DNA of 64,000 bases from a virus (taxonomy: Duplodnaviria; Caudoviricetes): positions 342 to 64,341 of IMG/VR virus record IMGVR_UViG_2811995334_000013. The stretch is one strand, 5' to 3'. Position 1 is the first letter of the stretch; every line of letters starts with the position of its first letter. The translations under genes were made by a program, and so were the position numbers. The notes under the pieces were generated by a model. It saw only the letters and a list, made by a program, of their open reading frames with translations. It made no database searches and was not told the DNA's origin. This document shows positions 8,219-17,395 of the stretch, piece by piece.

Positions 8219-8763
8219 TTCGGCTCCTTCGCGTGCAGCTGCTTGAGCTCGTCCGGCGAGTAGACGAAGCCCGGCAGCAGGAACGCTTGCACGCTCCAGA
8301 TCGGGTCGCTTTCCTCGTGCCGGCCGTGATCCTTGCCGCGGTGGTGCAGCGCGCACAGCAGCAGTTGGTTGTAGGTCGAATCGACGAACGTCTCGGGCCG
8401 AGTCGGATCGAACGCCTCCCAGTCGAAGCCCTGCGTCAGCCTGATCACGTCCCAGACCGGGTGCTGCCGCGGGATCGGCACGACGCGCTGCAGCTTGTGG
8501 CTGAACATCGTGTCGACCTGGTTGAGCGCGACGCCGCGGATCCACTTCCAGTCGTTCGCGTGTGAGAACGCCCACTCGAAGAACCGGTGGTGCGACTCGA
8601 CCGCCTGGTCGTCGCCGCACATCGCGCAGACGTAGCCGCCCTCCTTCTTCATCGCGCGCTTGCTCGCGCGAAACGTCGCCGACTCGGCGCGCGGCTCGTG
8701 GTCCGGGTAGAACACGTCCTCGGACAGCGTCCGGCGCGTCTCGTGAGTTTTCGTGGTCGTCAT
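8215..8763 (-). CDS. HNH-like Zn-binding protein within lysis cassette
   Basis: CAMCG..VESHH..LLLCALHHRGKDHGRH; 4-bp overlaps with both neighbours. Confidence 0.55.
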   Translation of the reverse strand: MTTTKTHETRRTLSEDVFYPDHEPRAESATFRASKRAMKKEGGYVCAMCGDDQAVESHHRFFEWAFSHANDWKWIRGVALNQVDTMFSHKLQRVVPIPRQHPVWDVIRLTQGFDWEAFDPTRPETFVDSTYNQLLLCALHHRGKDHGRHEESDPIWSVQAFLLPGFVYSPDELKQLHAKEPK

Positions 8764-9257
8764 AGGTCGCGCTCGCACAGTGCACGCTCCTCGGCGCGCC
8801 GTTTCACCAGGCCGGGCAACACGCGCCCGTCCGAATAGACCCACTGCGGCCGGCCCGCGTCCGACTGGTTCATCGCGCGGCATGCGCCGCGCCAGTCACC
8901 GGCGTTGAAGCGCTTCGCCGTATCACTGCCGCAGTACGCCGACGTGCCGACGTTGTAGGCGAAGCTCACCGCAGCCGCGAGCTGATAGGTGTGCCCTTTC
9001 AGCACCGGCGTGCACTTCAGCACCGGCTCGGCGTGCGCGATCAGCTGCCGCTCGAGCGACTCGCGGCACTCCGCCCCGCTGTATCGTTGGCCGACGACGA
9101 CGTTCGTCGTGTCGCCCATGCACTTCGTCGGGATGCCAACCGGATCGAGGTAGCCGACCAGCTTCGTCCCCTCGAACTTCGGGACGATAGAAACAAGAAG
9201 GGCTGCCGTAGCAGCCCCCACAACACCCACCAGCGTCTTCTTCGGCACGTTAGCCAT
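8760..9257 (-). CDS. Endolysin, GH24 lysozyme, probable SAR type
   Basis: Weakly hydrophobic N-terminal TM then FEG..YLDPVGIPTKCMGDT; SFAYNVG; GLVKRRAEE. Confidence 0.92.
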   Translation of the reverse strand: MANVPKKTLVGVVGAATAALLVSIVPKFEGTKLVGYLDPVGIPTKCMGDTTNVVVGQRYSGAECRESLERQLIAHAEPVLKCTPVLKGHTYQLAAAVSFAYNVGTSAYCGSDTAKRFNAGDWRGACRAMNQSDAGRPQWVYSDGRVLPGLVKRRAEERALCERDL

Positions 9258-9432
9258 CGAGCAACTCCCTCTTCCCTTTGTTCTTGATCAGGTAGAACGC
9301 CTGCAGCCCGATGTAGCCGAGCGTCGCAAGCGCGACATACCAGTTGATGTCGTGGCTGGTCAGCCACAACCAAAAGTTGCTGCCCACCGCCGGCGCAGCC
9401 TTCGCCACGCTTGCTGCGAGATCGCTCTTCAT
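9250..9432 (-). CDS. Holin
   Basis: 60 aa, hydrophobic segments, basic C-terminus, overlaps endolysin start. Confidence 0.75.
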   Translation of the reverse strand: MKSDLAASVAKAAPAVGSNFWLWLTSHDINWYVALATLGYIGLQAFYLIKNKGKRELLDG

Positions 9433-9448
9433 CTGTTCCCCGTAAATG

Positions 9449-9469
9449 AAAAGCCGCCCGAAGGCGGCT
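9449..9469 (-). terminator. Intrinsic terminator upstream of holin
   Basis: AGCCGCC-TTCG-GGCGGCT-TTT on minus strand. Confidence 0.65.
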
Positions 9470-9514
9470 CGTGTCTACCCATCGCCCAAATCGGGCTATC
9501 CCTGAGGTAAATCC

Positions 9515-10327
9515 ATGAAAAATCGCATTACCGCGCTGGCCGCGGGGGCTGCGCTCGCCCTTTCTCTTTGCGCATGTGGTGGTGGCGGTGACAACGCGCC
9601 CGGCTTGCCAACGACATCAGGAAGCGTGCCGACGCCAGCATCGGCCGCCAGGCCGAAGACGCACATCGTCATCTACGCCGACGGCGATTCGACCAACTGG
9701 GGTGAAAATCCTGATTCGCCGACGCTACAGGCTGCTCCAAGCTCTGGCCAACCGCTCACCAGGCGAGCTATACAGTCGCCCGCGCAGCTCCTGCAGGCTG
9801 ATTTCGACAAGGCGCTCGGCGCCGGCGTAGTCACGGTCATCGACGGCTCCATCCCAGGCAGCACACTCCCCGCAGACCTCCAGGGCACTGCGCCCGTGCC
9901 AACGCCGCTCGCGACGCGCCTCGCGCAGCTTCCGACGCCGGCCGACATCGTGATCACCAACAGCCAGATCAACGATCAGTACCTGCTCCGCGCGACGCCC
10001 GACCAGTACCGCTCGTGGCTGCAGCAGTGGGTGCAAACGGTCAAGGCGGCCGGCGCTGTACCGGTCCTCGAAGAGCCTAATCCCATCTGCCGGCCGGGAT
10101 TCGATATTTCCATGACGGACGAGTTCGTCGCGACGATGCGCCAGTTCGCGGCGACGCAGGGGCTCACGGTCCTGCCGACCTACGACGCATTCAAGCTCTA
10201 CCCAGTCTGGAACCTGAAGCTCATCTCGTCGGACTGCGTGCACCCAGATGACGCTGGCTATGCCTTCAAGGAAGCGAACCACTTTCCAACACTATTGCCC
10301 GTCGCGAAAGAAATGTTGCGCGACTGA
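9515..10327 (+). CDS. SGNH/GDSL hydrolase lipoprotein (moron)
   Basis: Lipobox LSLCAC; GDST (block I), INDQ (block III), DCVHP (block V). Confidence 0.85.
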   Translation: MKNRITALAAGAALALSLCACGGGGDNAPGLPTTSGSVPTPASAARPKTHIVIYADGDSTNWGENPDSPTLQAAPSSGQPLTRRAIQSPAQLLQADFDKALGAGVVTVIDGSIPGSTLPADLQGTAPVPTPLATRLAQLPTPADIVITNSQINDQYLLRATPDQYRSWLQQWVQTVKAAGAVPVLEEPNPICRPGFDISMTDEFVATMRQFAATQGLTVLPTYDAFKLYPVWNLKLISSDCVHPDDAGYAFKEANHFPTLLPVAKEMLRD

Positions 10328-10381
10328 CTATATAATGCGCCCAAAAAAATGATATGACGAATGTGACCGGGGAACATAACA

Positions 10382-10588
10382 ATGAGGGCCTTTCTTACAA
10401 CCGCATTACGCTCGCTTCTGCATCGAGACGCTGAGAAGGAGATCGAACACACATATGCCTACAAAGCCGGATACCGCGCTGCGGAGCGGCTCGATGATTT
10501 CAATCCCTACGCTCTAGGAACGAAATCGCGTCGACACTGGGCTGCGGGCCATATGCGGCAGCAACGCGACGCGATGACGTACTGGTGA
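10382..10588 (+). CDS. Small Rmf/CrpP-fold protein
   Basis: AYKAGYRAA..NPY..RRHWAAG matches the Rmf/CrpP pattern; TATAAT at 10331. Confidence 0.55.
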   Translation: MRAFLTTALRSLLHRDAEKEIEHTYAYKAGYRAAERLDDFNPYALGTKSRRHWAAGHMRQQRDAMTYW

Positions 10589-10611
10589 ATTGACCCGATA
10601 ACCACTACAAG

Positions 10612-11622
10612 ATGAATTTCGCGAAGAACCCCACTACTGATAGCCATTGGGCCATTTTGGCCGGATTACGCTTCTTTCTATCCGTCGTCGTAGTTGCCGG
10701 CCACTTTGTCTTTTTGGTGCGCCCCGATCCCTATCAAATTTTCGGTGGCGGCTACCTGAATCCTCTCAGCGCCGTCTACGGGTTCTTCATCCTTTCGGGA
10801 TATAGCATTTCCGCAAGCCTCGAGCGGGAAAATTCCGGATTCTATCGGCGCCGGTTCCTCCGCATTTGGCCGCTGTATCTTGCAGCCATCGCATTCGGCA
10901 TGTCCATGTATCTCTTGGCACCGAACGGATTCACGTGGCCGATCGACGGACAACGAATGCCAGTCCCGAGCGGACTGACGGTCATTGCATCGCTGCTGAT
11001 GCTACAAACCATCATCACCGGCCCCATCCCGACACTTGGTCCGATCTGGTCCCTCGCCGGCGAATGGTGGCACTACATGATCTCCCCGATCCTCAAGCGG
11101 GCAACGAACACGATGCTGCTGGCATGGATGCTGGCTTCGTTCCTCTACTTCCTGAATCTCAATGGCCCGCAACCTGGCGTCGCGGGCATGGACCAGTTCC
11201 TCGCCGGGAAGTCCATCATCGGCCTATCGTGGGTTTGGGTGACCGGCTTTCTGTATTACCGCCTTCGCGGCACTCCCTTCGGGTTCACGATCCTGGTCGC
11301 ACCGTCGCTGTTCGCTCTGACCATCCAGCACTCAACGGGCGTGCCCATGTTCATTACGGTGTTTGTGCTCGTCTTGAGCGAAGGGAAGCAGTTCTCCGAG
11401 AAGGTCATCGCAGCGCTCAACTTCCTCGGCGACTGGTCGTATCCGCTGTACCTTTTCCATATCCCCGCGCTAATTGTTGCACTCTCGCTAGGGGTTAATC
11501 GCTCGGCGATGCAGCTGGGCATGGCCTTTGCCGTATCACTTACGGCTCTGTATCTGGTGGACTACCCGAGCCGGAGACTGTTCAAGAAGCAGCCGTCCTC
11601 ACCAAAACTGGTCCCTCAGTAA
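10612..11622 (+). CDS. Acyltransferase family 3 (OafA-like O-acetyltransferase)
   Basis: LAGLRFFL..GH, VYGFFILSGY, RRFLRIWP, WSLAGEWWHY, GDWSYPLYLFH; multi-TM. Confidence 0.9.
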   Translation: MNFAKNPTTDSHWAILAGLRFFLSVVVVAGHFVFLVRPDPYQIFGGGYLNPLSAVYGFFILSGYSISASLERENSGFYRRRFLRIWPLYLAAIAFGMSMYLLAPNGFTWPIDGQRMPVPSGLTVIASLLMLQTIITGPIPTLGPIWSLAGEWWHYMISPILKRATNTMLLAWMLASFLYFLNLNGPQPGVAGMDQFLAGKSIIGLSWVWVTGFLYYRLRGTPFGFTILVAPSLFALTIQHSTGVPMFITVFVLVLSEGKQFSEKVIAALNFLGDWSYPLYLFHIPALIVALSLGVNRSAMQLGMAFAVSLTALYLVDYPSRRLFKKQPSSPKLVPQ

Positions 11623-11626
11623 TGCA

Positions 11627-11651
11627 AAACGCCCGCTCAATGCGGGCGTTT
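11627..11651. terminator. Bidirectional terminator between moron and tail genes
   Basis: AAACGCCCGC-TCAAT-GCGGGCGTTT between convergent genes. Confidence 0.8.
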
Positions 11652-11659
11652 CCGTCTCA

Positions 11660-12238
11660 TCACTCCCACACAACCGCTTGCACAGCTGCAACGGTCTCAG
11701 CGGCTCCGATTTCTGCTTTAAGGTTCTGCCGCTTTTGCATCGCGGCCCACCCCTGCGCCAGCATTGCCTGATACAGGCCATCAAGATCAGTGAGCACGAA
11801 TGGCACCTGCGCATTCTCGTGCGATACCCAATAGAAGCCCGCCGGAACTGCTCCCGCCAATGCATAGCCTTGGGCGGCTTGCATCACGGCTGCTTGGCTT
11901 TCCTTGTCCGCATCGAACGTTCCCACAACCCCGCCAGCTGTCTTGAAGCTCACAGGCTGCGCGATGGCGTTTGCATATGCCAAATCGATAGCCGACTTCT
12001 GCGATGCTTGCGCCTGCGAAAGCGAAATTTGCGGCGCGGCATAAGACTCGACCGTCACTTCATCAGCTGCGATTGCCGCTTCGAGTGACAAAAACGCTTC
12101 CGGTGTAACGGATGGATGGATATGGTATGGCAACCCGTTCAAGGTGCCCCAATAGCCATCCACAGATGGAGTCATGGACGTTGCCGATACGCTAGAAGCA
12201 AATCCCATTTTGGCGAAATCAATCGTTTTACCAGTCAT
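11660..12238 (-). CDS. Tail fibre assembly/chaperone protein (DUF4376-like)
   Basis: Directly after the fibre (TAATG overlap); FDAD..SQ..FYWVS..NAQVPF..DLDGL..AVVW. Confidence 0.75.
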   Translation of the reverse strand: MTGKTIDFAKMGFASSVSATSMTPSVDGYWGTLNGLPYHIHPSVTPEAFLSLEAAIAADEVTVESYAAPQISLSQAQASQKSAIDLAYANAIAQPVSFKTAGGVVGTFDADKESQAAVMQAAQGYALAGAVPAGFYWVSHENAQVPFVLTDLDGLYQAMLAQGWAAMQKRQNLKAEIGAAETVAAVQAVVWE

Positions 12239-13404
12239 TACAAAATTCTCCAGCAAAATCCAATTGAATTCGACGCCGTAAATGGGCCCATTACATTGCT
12301 TCCGCCTGCTGCAATACCAGCGGAAGAAGATCCGCTATTGGATACGAAATATGCCCAGGATCCACCAGGCGGCAACGTCCAAAACGTGCTGCCTCCAGAG
12401 CCAGTCAAGCTCGGATTTGTCCATTGTCCGGTACCGCTCGCTGCTTGCGGTCGGACGCCTGAGCCAGAGCCGGCAGAGCCCCCAATACCGTTGTACGAAG
12501 TGTTGTCGCAGGAAAGGAGCGCCGTCGAGCCAGGTGGCAATACAACCGATGACCCTGAACCATATGCGGTATTGATGTTACTCGCGCTGAGTGTAATGCT
12601 GCCGCTGCTCGAGTTGAAAATGGCAACGCACTTTCCGCTGTTGCCAGCCGCGCTCGGCATGGTGATGGTAAAGCCGCCGGTGCTCCCAGGCGCCGTCTGG
12701 TACACGTTCCCGAATCCGGTACTCGGGATCGTGAAGTTGGCAGACACCGTGACGACACCCTGAAAATTCCCGATGTTCGCGAGCTGGGCGGCATGCTGGC
12801 TTTGCGTGGGCACCGGGACCTGCTGCGCACCGCCGGCGCACTCCATGAGCACCCAGATCGGGTTGCCGCCGTTCACGCCTGCGATGGTCGCGCGCATCAG
12901 GACTGCGGTACTGTTGATCAGCAGCTCGTTACTCTGCAGAGGCTGGAGGCCGAGCCCGTAGATCGGCGAAGCGGTCAACCCATCTGGGGCGTACGTCGAC
13001 GCGCCCGTGTTCGTATGAGCGATGACGACCTGTTGAATCAGGCCATTCGTCAACTGGCCAGCAACCAGTGGGGGCGTATTCGCCGCGGCATAGGAATTCA
13101 CCGCCCCAGTGTCGACGAGCAAAACGCTCGCCTTCGTGACGTTCCGGATCGCTGCGATGAGGTTTGCCTCGAGCGTCGCGGTAGTGCCGTCGTCCGTCGA
13201 GTTCTGACCAGAATAGTCCGCGGCGAACTGTGCGACGACCGCAGCCATGATGCTGGACTGGCGCCAGACCTTATTGAGCTGACCCGACTGCGCCGCTCCG
13301 GACTGGAAGCCGGTCAGGCGAGCTACGAGCGCAGCGTAGGTAGCCTGATCGATGACGTTTGCAGCGCCACCGCCGCCGAACGCGAGAAAGTCATTGGTTA
13401 CCAT
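12238..13404 (-). CDS. Tail fibre protein
   Basis: NDFLAFGGG..GFQSG..LNKVWRQSSIMAA N-terminal anchor; G/S/T-rich distal part; follows baseplate genes. Confidence 0.85.
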   Translation of the reverse strand: MVTNDFLAFGGGGAANVIDQATYAALVARLTGFQSGAAQSGQLNKVWRQSSIMAAVVAQFAADYSGQNSTDDGTTATLEANLIAAIRNVTKASVLLVDTGAVNSYAAANTPPLVAGQLTNGLIQQVVIAHTNTGASTYAPDGLTASPIYGLGLQPLQSNELLINSTAVLMRATIAGVNGGNPIWVLMECAGGAQQVPVPTQSQHAAQLANIGNFQGVVTVSANFTIPSTGFGNVYQTAPGSTGGFTITMPSAAGNSGKCVAIFNSSSGSITLSASNINTAYGSGSSVVLPPGSTALLSCDNTSYNGIGGSAGSGSGVRPQAASGTGQWTNPSLTGSGGSTFWTLPPGGSWAYFVSNSGSSSAGIAAGGSNVMGPFTASNSIGFCWRIL

Positions 13405-13467
13405 CAATGCTCCGAGCAAAAAAATACCGCCCGAAGGCGGCTCAAGGCGTGGAATTCGTTCTGCGGG

Positions 13468-14133
13468 TCAGACGGGCCGGCCCCACACGCCGACGTCGAA
13501 GCCGGCGACAAACTGGTTGTTCATGTCGAAGCCGAACAACGGCGCGCCGTCGACCGTCGTGACGACCGTGTAGTTGACGCGCACGCCCTCGGGTTTCAGC
13601 GGGATGTAGCCGCCCGCGAGCAGCGCAAGAAATACTGCGGAGGGCACCTTTCCGGAGATCCCGATCGTCATCGACATGTCCTGGTGGTCCTCGATGAAGA
13701 CGTGCGTGTCAGCGCCGAAGATGCTGTTCAGGATCGCCGCGCTCGATTCGAGCGTCCCGTCCCAGTGGTTCGCGCCGACCTTCGCGCGGATGACCAGCCG
13801 ATACGTGTCGTCGTCGAGCACGGTCAAACCGGTGTCTGGGTCAAACGGCCCCTTCCAGATCCCTTGGTCGAAGCCAAGCCCTGCAATGTCGAACGAGAAG
13901 TAGATTCCCGCCAACGGTGTGCGGATCCGTCGCGACACGCCCACCCACAACCCGACCGCATCGAGCTGATCGCCGACGGCGACGTCCAGGTCGAACTTGC
14001 CAGGCATGCTCGCGAGCAGATTCATCTGGTCGACGAGCGGCTGCACGACGGCGGCTACCGTTGCCGCGAAACGCGGCTTGTCGCGGTGCTGCGACGTGAT
14101 CAGTGCCGTGTAATCGGAAATAGATGCCGTCAT
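13468..14133 (-). CDS. Baseplate wedge protein (DUF2612)
   Basis: SDYTALITSQH..FDLDVAVGDQLD..LDDDTYRLVIRAK..NHWDG. Confidence 0.85.
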   Translation of the reverse strand: MTASISDYTALITSQHRDKPRFAATVAAVVQPLVDQMNLLASMPGKFDLDVAVGDQLDAVGLWVGVSRRIRTPLAGIYFSFDIAGLGFDQGIWKGPFDPDTGLTVLDDDTYRLVIRAKVGANHWDGTLESSAAILNSIFGADTHVFIEDHQDMSMTIGISGKVPSAVFLALLAGGYIPLKPEGVRVNYTVVTTVDGAPLFGFDMNNQFVAGFDVGVWGRPV

Positions 14134-14720
14134 AGCAGGTACCCTTGAGACTGCATCCATTCGATTGGGTCTCTTGCGTGCTTCCGCTGATTGCAGGTAG
14201 GGCAAAGCAACTGGAGATTCAACCGATCATTACTGCCGCCACGAGCCAACGGAACTACGTGGTCGACGTGATAATTCCTTCTGATGTCGCACTTGCAGCA
14301 AGCACATCGTCCCTTCTGCATAGTGACAAGCGCCTTCACATCGTCCGCGGTGTGTGCCCCGCCAGATTCACGCTTTCGAGAGCGTCGCCTAGCTTCATTG
14401 GCTCGTCGAGTTTCTTTGTTTTCGGACTGCCACCGTTTTAGCTTTTCAGCATTATTTTTCCTGTACAGCGCCCTTCGTTCCGCAACCTTTTCGCGGTTTT
14501 TGTCGTCGTAGCGCTTGCTATATTCCCGCCTCTTGGCCGGGTTTCTTGCCGACCAGGACTCGCACATGGCGCGCCTTTTTTCAGGGTTCACCGCCCGATA
14601 TTTTTCGCCAGCCTTCCGATTGCACTCCTTGCAATGACGCTGTTTTCCATCCTTGCGAGTGGAGTCCTTGCTGAACTGATCGAGCGGCTTTTCAACTTTG
14701 CATTTTGAGCAAGCCTTCAT
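14130..14720 (-). CDS. Free-standing HNH homing endonuclease
   Basis: N-terminal CSKC..CKEC Zn finger; CACC..HVDHVVPLARGGSN..NLQLLCPTCNQRK; lower GC than flanks. Confidence 0.9.
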   Translation of the reverse strand: MKACSKCKVEKPLDQFSKDSTRKDGKQRHCKECNRKAGEKYRAVNPEKRRAMCESWSARNPAKRREYSKRYDDKNREKVAERRALYRKNNAEKLKRWQSENKETRRANEARRRSRKRESGGAHTADDVKALVTMQKGRCACCKCDIRRNYHVDHVVPLARGGSNDRLNLQLLCPTCNQRKHARDPIEWMQSQGYLL

Positions 14721-14721
14721 G

Positions 14722-15903
14722 TCAGGTCACCACCAGCGTCACGCTCGCGGGCGTGCAAGACGCCGCTTCGTTGAAGAGCAACGCGACGTCCGGCGCGCCG
14801 GCGCCGCGCGGCCCGCTCAGCGCCAGCCCAGATAGCTTGAAAGTCACCCCGCCGCCGACGCTGTTCGCCGCCGTGAGCGCGTCGCCCCACTCCACGCTGC
14901 CGGACAGGCCGCCTCCAATCTGCACGCCGTTGACGTAGTCCGACACCTTCTGCTGGATCTGCTGGCCCGTCTGCGTCGTGTAGCCCGCGAGCGCCTTGAG
15001 CGTGACGGTGGGCGTGATTGGCGCGGCCGTCGGACGGAAGAAGCGAATCGTGATCGGACGGCCGTAGATGTCCGTGACGACGATCGCCGTCGTGCCATAA
15101 GTGCCCGCCCCTGGCGTCTTCTTCGACGCAATCGCGTTGGCTACCGCCGTCGCGTCGCCACCCTCGACCACGAGCGAAATCGAATGCGACGGGAGACCAT
15201 TCGCATCCGTCGCGTCCGTGTCGTTCTCATAGGGGACGTAGCGCGTGACGCCCGCGGTGTTCGCCACCGCGCCGACGATCCCGTCGAGAACCGTCAACGA
15301 CGGCAGCGCCGTCGACACGGTCTGGCGTTGGCGCAACGCGGCGTCGGATTCGACCGGCGCGCCGGCGGCCGCGTCCGCCGGGTTCGTCACCGTCTGCCAG
15401 CCGAACGCCGGCGTCGCGATCTGGTTGATCGTGCCGGCGCGCGCCGCGACGGCGCCGATCGTCGCGCACGTCGCCGTGACGGTGATCGTGCCGCTCGGCG
15501 GGATCGTCACGGTCGACGGCAGCAACCATTTCACGCCGTTGCCGTCCTTCGCCGCGCCGTTCGTGATCGTGGCGCCGGCCTGTCCGACCAGCACTAGGTC
15601 GGCGCTCGAGTACGACGCGACCTTGCGTGCGATCCCGTTGATCTTCACGTTGCTCGACAGCGCGGCACCCTGGCCAGTCGCTGGGCTGAACGAGGTGTAG
15701 ACCGCGATCGCCATCGAGTTGCAATCGTTGAACGCCTTCGATAGCACGGCGAGAAACTGGCCGTCTTGGCTGTCTGGCTCGATATAGATGTCCTGGCCTT
15801 GGATCGACCGATATGTCGTCTGCCAGTAGTCGAGGATCTCGGCATACGACGGCGCGCTGATACCGTTTGCGTCGATTACCGCAACAGGGCTCGAAATCGT
15901 CAT
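14722..15903 (-). CDS. Baseplate J-like protein
   Basis: SQDGQF, ATGQGAALS, ESDAALRQRQ, YENDT; position in baseplate block. Confidence 0.88.
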   Translation of the reverse strand: MTISSPVAVIDANGISAPSYAEILDYWQTTYRSIQGQDIYIEPDSQDGQFLAVLSKAFNDCNSMAIAVYTSFSPATGQGAALSSNVKINGIARKVASYSSADLVLVGQAGATITNGAAKDGNGVKWLLPSTVTIPPSGTITVTATCATIGAVAARAGTINQIATPAFGWQTVTNPADAAAGAPVESDAALRQRQTVSTALPSLTVLDGIVGAVANTAGVTRYVPYENDTDATDANGLPSHSISLVVEGGDATAVANAIASKKTPGAGTYGTTAIVVTDIYGRPITIRFFRPTAAPITPTVTLKALAGYTTQTGQQIQQKVSDYVNGVQIGGGLSGSVEWGDALTAANSVGGGVTFKLSGLALSGPRGAGAPDVALLFNEAASCTPASVTLVVT

Positions 15904-16253
15904 AGCGTCGTTTGCACCGTGGTGGTGCCGTAGATGGTGTTGATCGTCGCGGTGACGCTCAGCTTGCGAGTCGCAGGGTCAACCGAGCTCGAGTAACTCG
16001 TGATCTCGGTGACACCCTGCGTGCCGAGGATGCATTGGCGAATCGCCGCGTCGTAGGTGCCGCCGGTGTACTTCCCGAGCACGTCGGTCGCCCACGGCAT
16101 GCCCACCGTCGTATCAATGAACCATTCGCCGCGCAGCAGGCGAAGGCGCGTCAGCACGGCCTGCGCGACCGTCTCAGGCGTATTCACGAGGAAGTCAGCC
16201 GCGCCCCCGCCGAAGACGTAATCGCCGTCAGCGTCGAGTTTTCGGTACCGCAT
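15900..16253 (-). CDS. Baseplate wedge/sheath initiator (gp25/Mu gp46-like)
   Basis: MRYRKLDADGDYVFG..AQAVLTRLRLLRGEWF. Confidence 0.8.
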   Translation of the reverse strand: MRYRKLDADGDYVFGGGAADFLVNTPETVAQAVLTRLRLLRGEWFIDTTVGMPWATDVLGKYTGGTYDAAIRQCILGTQGVTEITSYSSSVDPATRKLSVTATINTIYGTTTVQTTL

Positions 16254-16261
16254 GGGAATCC

Positions 16262-17014
16262 TTAGTTCGGCGGGCTGGTATTGCTGCCCGCGCCGTTTTC
16301 TCGGTGGGTGTGCGTGTCGTCGACGCGCTTGCCGTTCGCCGTGATCTGGCCGATCACGTTCAGGATGCCGTTGAACACCGCGGCGGCGCCGCTCGCCGCG
16401 CTGCCGACCATGCCGCCGACGAACGTCAGCAGGCCAGTGATCGTCACCGCCGCCGAGAACGTTGACAGCGGCGCGACGACATCAAACCCGCCGGGCGCGA
16501 CGATCTTGACCTTCTGCAGCGTCGGGTTCAGGTCGATGTACGTCGCCCCGTCGTCGCTGCGCAGTTGCGTCGAGCTGCCGCTCACACCGGCCAGCGCGCG
16601 CGGCCGCGACCGAAAACCGAGCAGCACGAATCCGTCCGACAGGTCATGCATCCGCAGTTCGGCCTGCTCCTGCACGCCGCCCGACTGCCACCAAGCGTCG
16701 ATACAGCGCGACGCGAACACGACGAGGCACTCGTCGCCCGGCTTCACCGGGAACGTCAGCGTACAATTCCCGCCAGCCGGGAACTGCACCGGGCAGTCGA
16801 CCAGCAACGGCAGAGCGACACCCTGAATCGCGCCGTCCACGCTGCGCACCTGAGCCTTGATGGCTGGCTGCACGCTGCATGTTGGCGGCCGATCGCCGGC
16901 GCTCTCGAACGACTGGATGATGCCCGGAAGGGCCGTCCACACGCCCGCACGCAAGCCGTCGAACGCTTCCCGGAGGGCGATCTCTGGGTCGCCTACCCTT
17001 TCACGTCGATCCAT
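16262..17014 (-). CDS. Baseplate spike (Gp138/gpV-like)
   Basis: TALPGII, PVKPGDECLVVFASRCID, HDLSD, C-terminal HTH metal-binding tip. Confidence 0.85.
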   Translation of the reverse strand: MDRRERVGDPEIALREAFDGLRAGVWTALPGIIQSFESAGDRPPTCSVQPAIKAQVRSVDGAIQGVALPLLVDCPVQFPAGGNCTLTFPVKPGDECLVVFASRCIDAWWQSGGVQEQAELRMHDLSDGFVLLGFRSRPRALAGVSGSSTQLRSDDGATYIDLNPTLQKVKIVAPGGFDVVAPLSTFSAAVTITGLLTFVGGMVGSAASGAAAVFNGILNVIGQITANGKRVDDTHTHRENGAGSNTSPPN

Positions 17015-17017
17015 GGA

Positions 17018-17395
17018 ATGAAAATGAAAAAACTGCTGTTGATCGCCGCACTGATCGCGCCGGCCGCCGCCGTCGCAGACGACGCCTACGTCTACCCGTT
17101 CGCCGGCATGAAGGTCGGCGCGACCGTCGACAATCAGTTCCCGACGATCCTGTACACGACGCGGAAATGTGACCTGCCGCTCGCGAACGCGAAGAACTTG
17201 CGTCGCTACGAGTCGTACCGCGGCGTCTGGGACATCGGCTGCTGGGGCGAAACAATCGACGGCGACGCGGTGATCATCGTGCCGAAGATGCCGACGAAGT
17301 CGATGCCGCTGAACGTACTCCCGCGCGCCGATGTGAAACGCACCGGCGACAGCACGGTAATGACCATCAAGGCGCTGCCGACGTACGGCCGCTAG
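17018..17395 (+). CDS. Secreted hypothetical protein (moron, antisense to tail operon)
   Basis: MKMKKLLLIAALIAPAAAVA signal peptide; two Cys; fills the gap between spike and hub genes. Confidence 0.7.
   Translation: MKMKKLLLIAALIAPAAAVADDAYVYPFAGMKVGATVDNQFPTILYTTRKCDLPLANAKNLRRYESYRGVWDIGCWGETIDGDAVIIVPKMPTKSMPLNVLPRADVKRTGDSTVMTIKALPTYGR

Noticed and set aside
12238-14720. Tail-fibre diversification system (DGR or invertase)
   Set aside because: No reverse transcriptase, template/variable repeat pair, invertase or flanking inverted repeats seen
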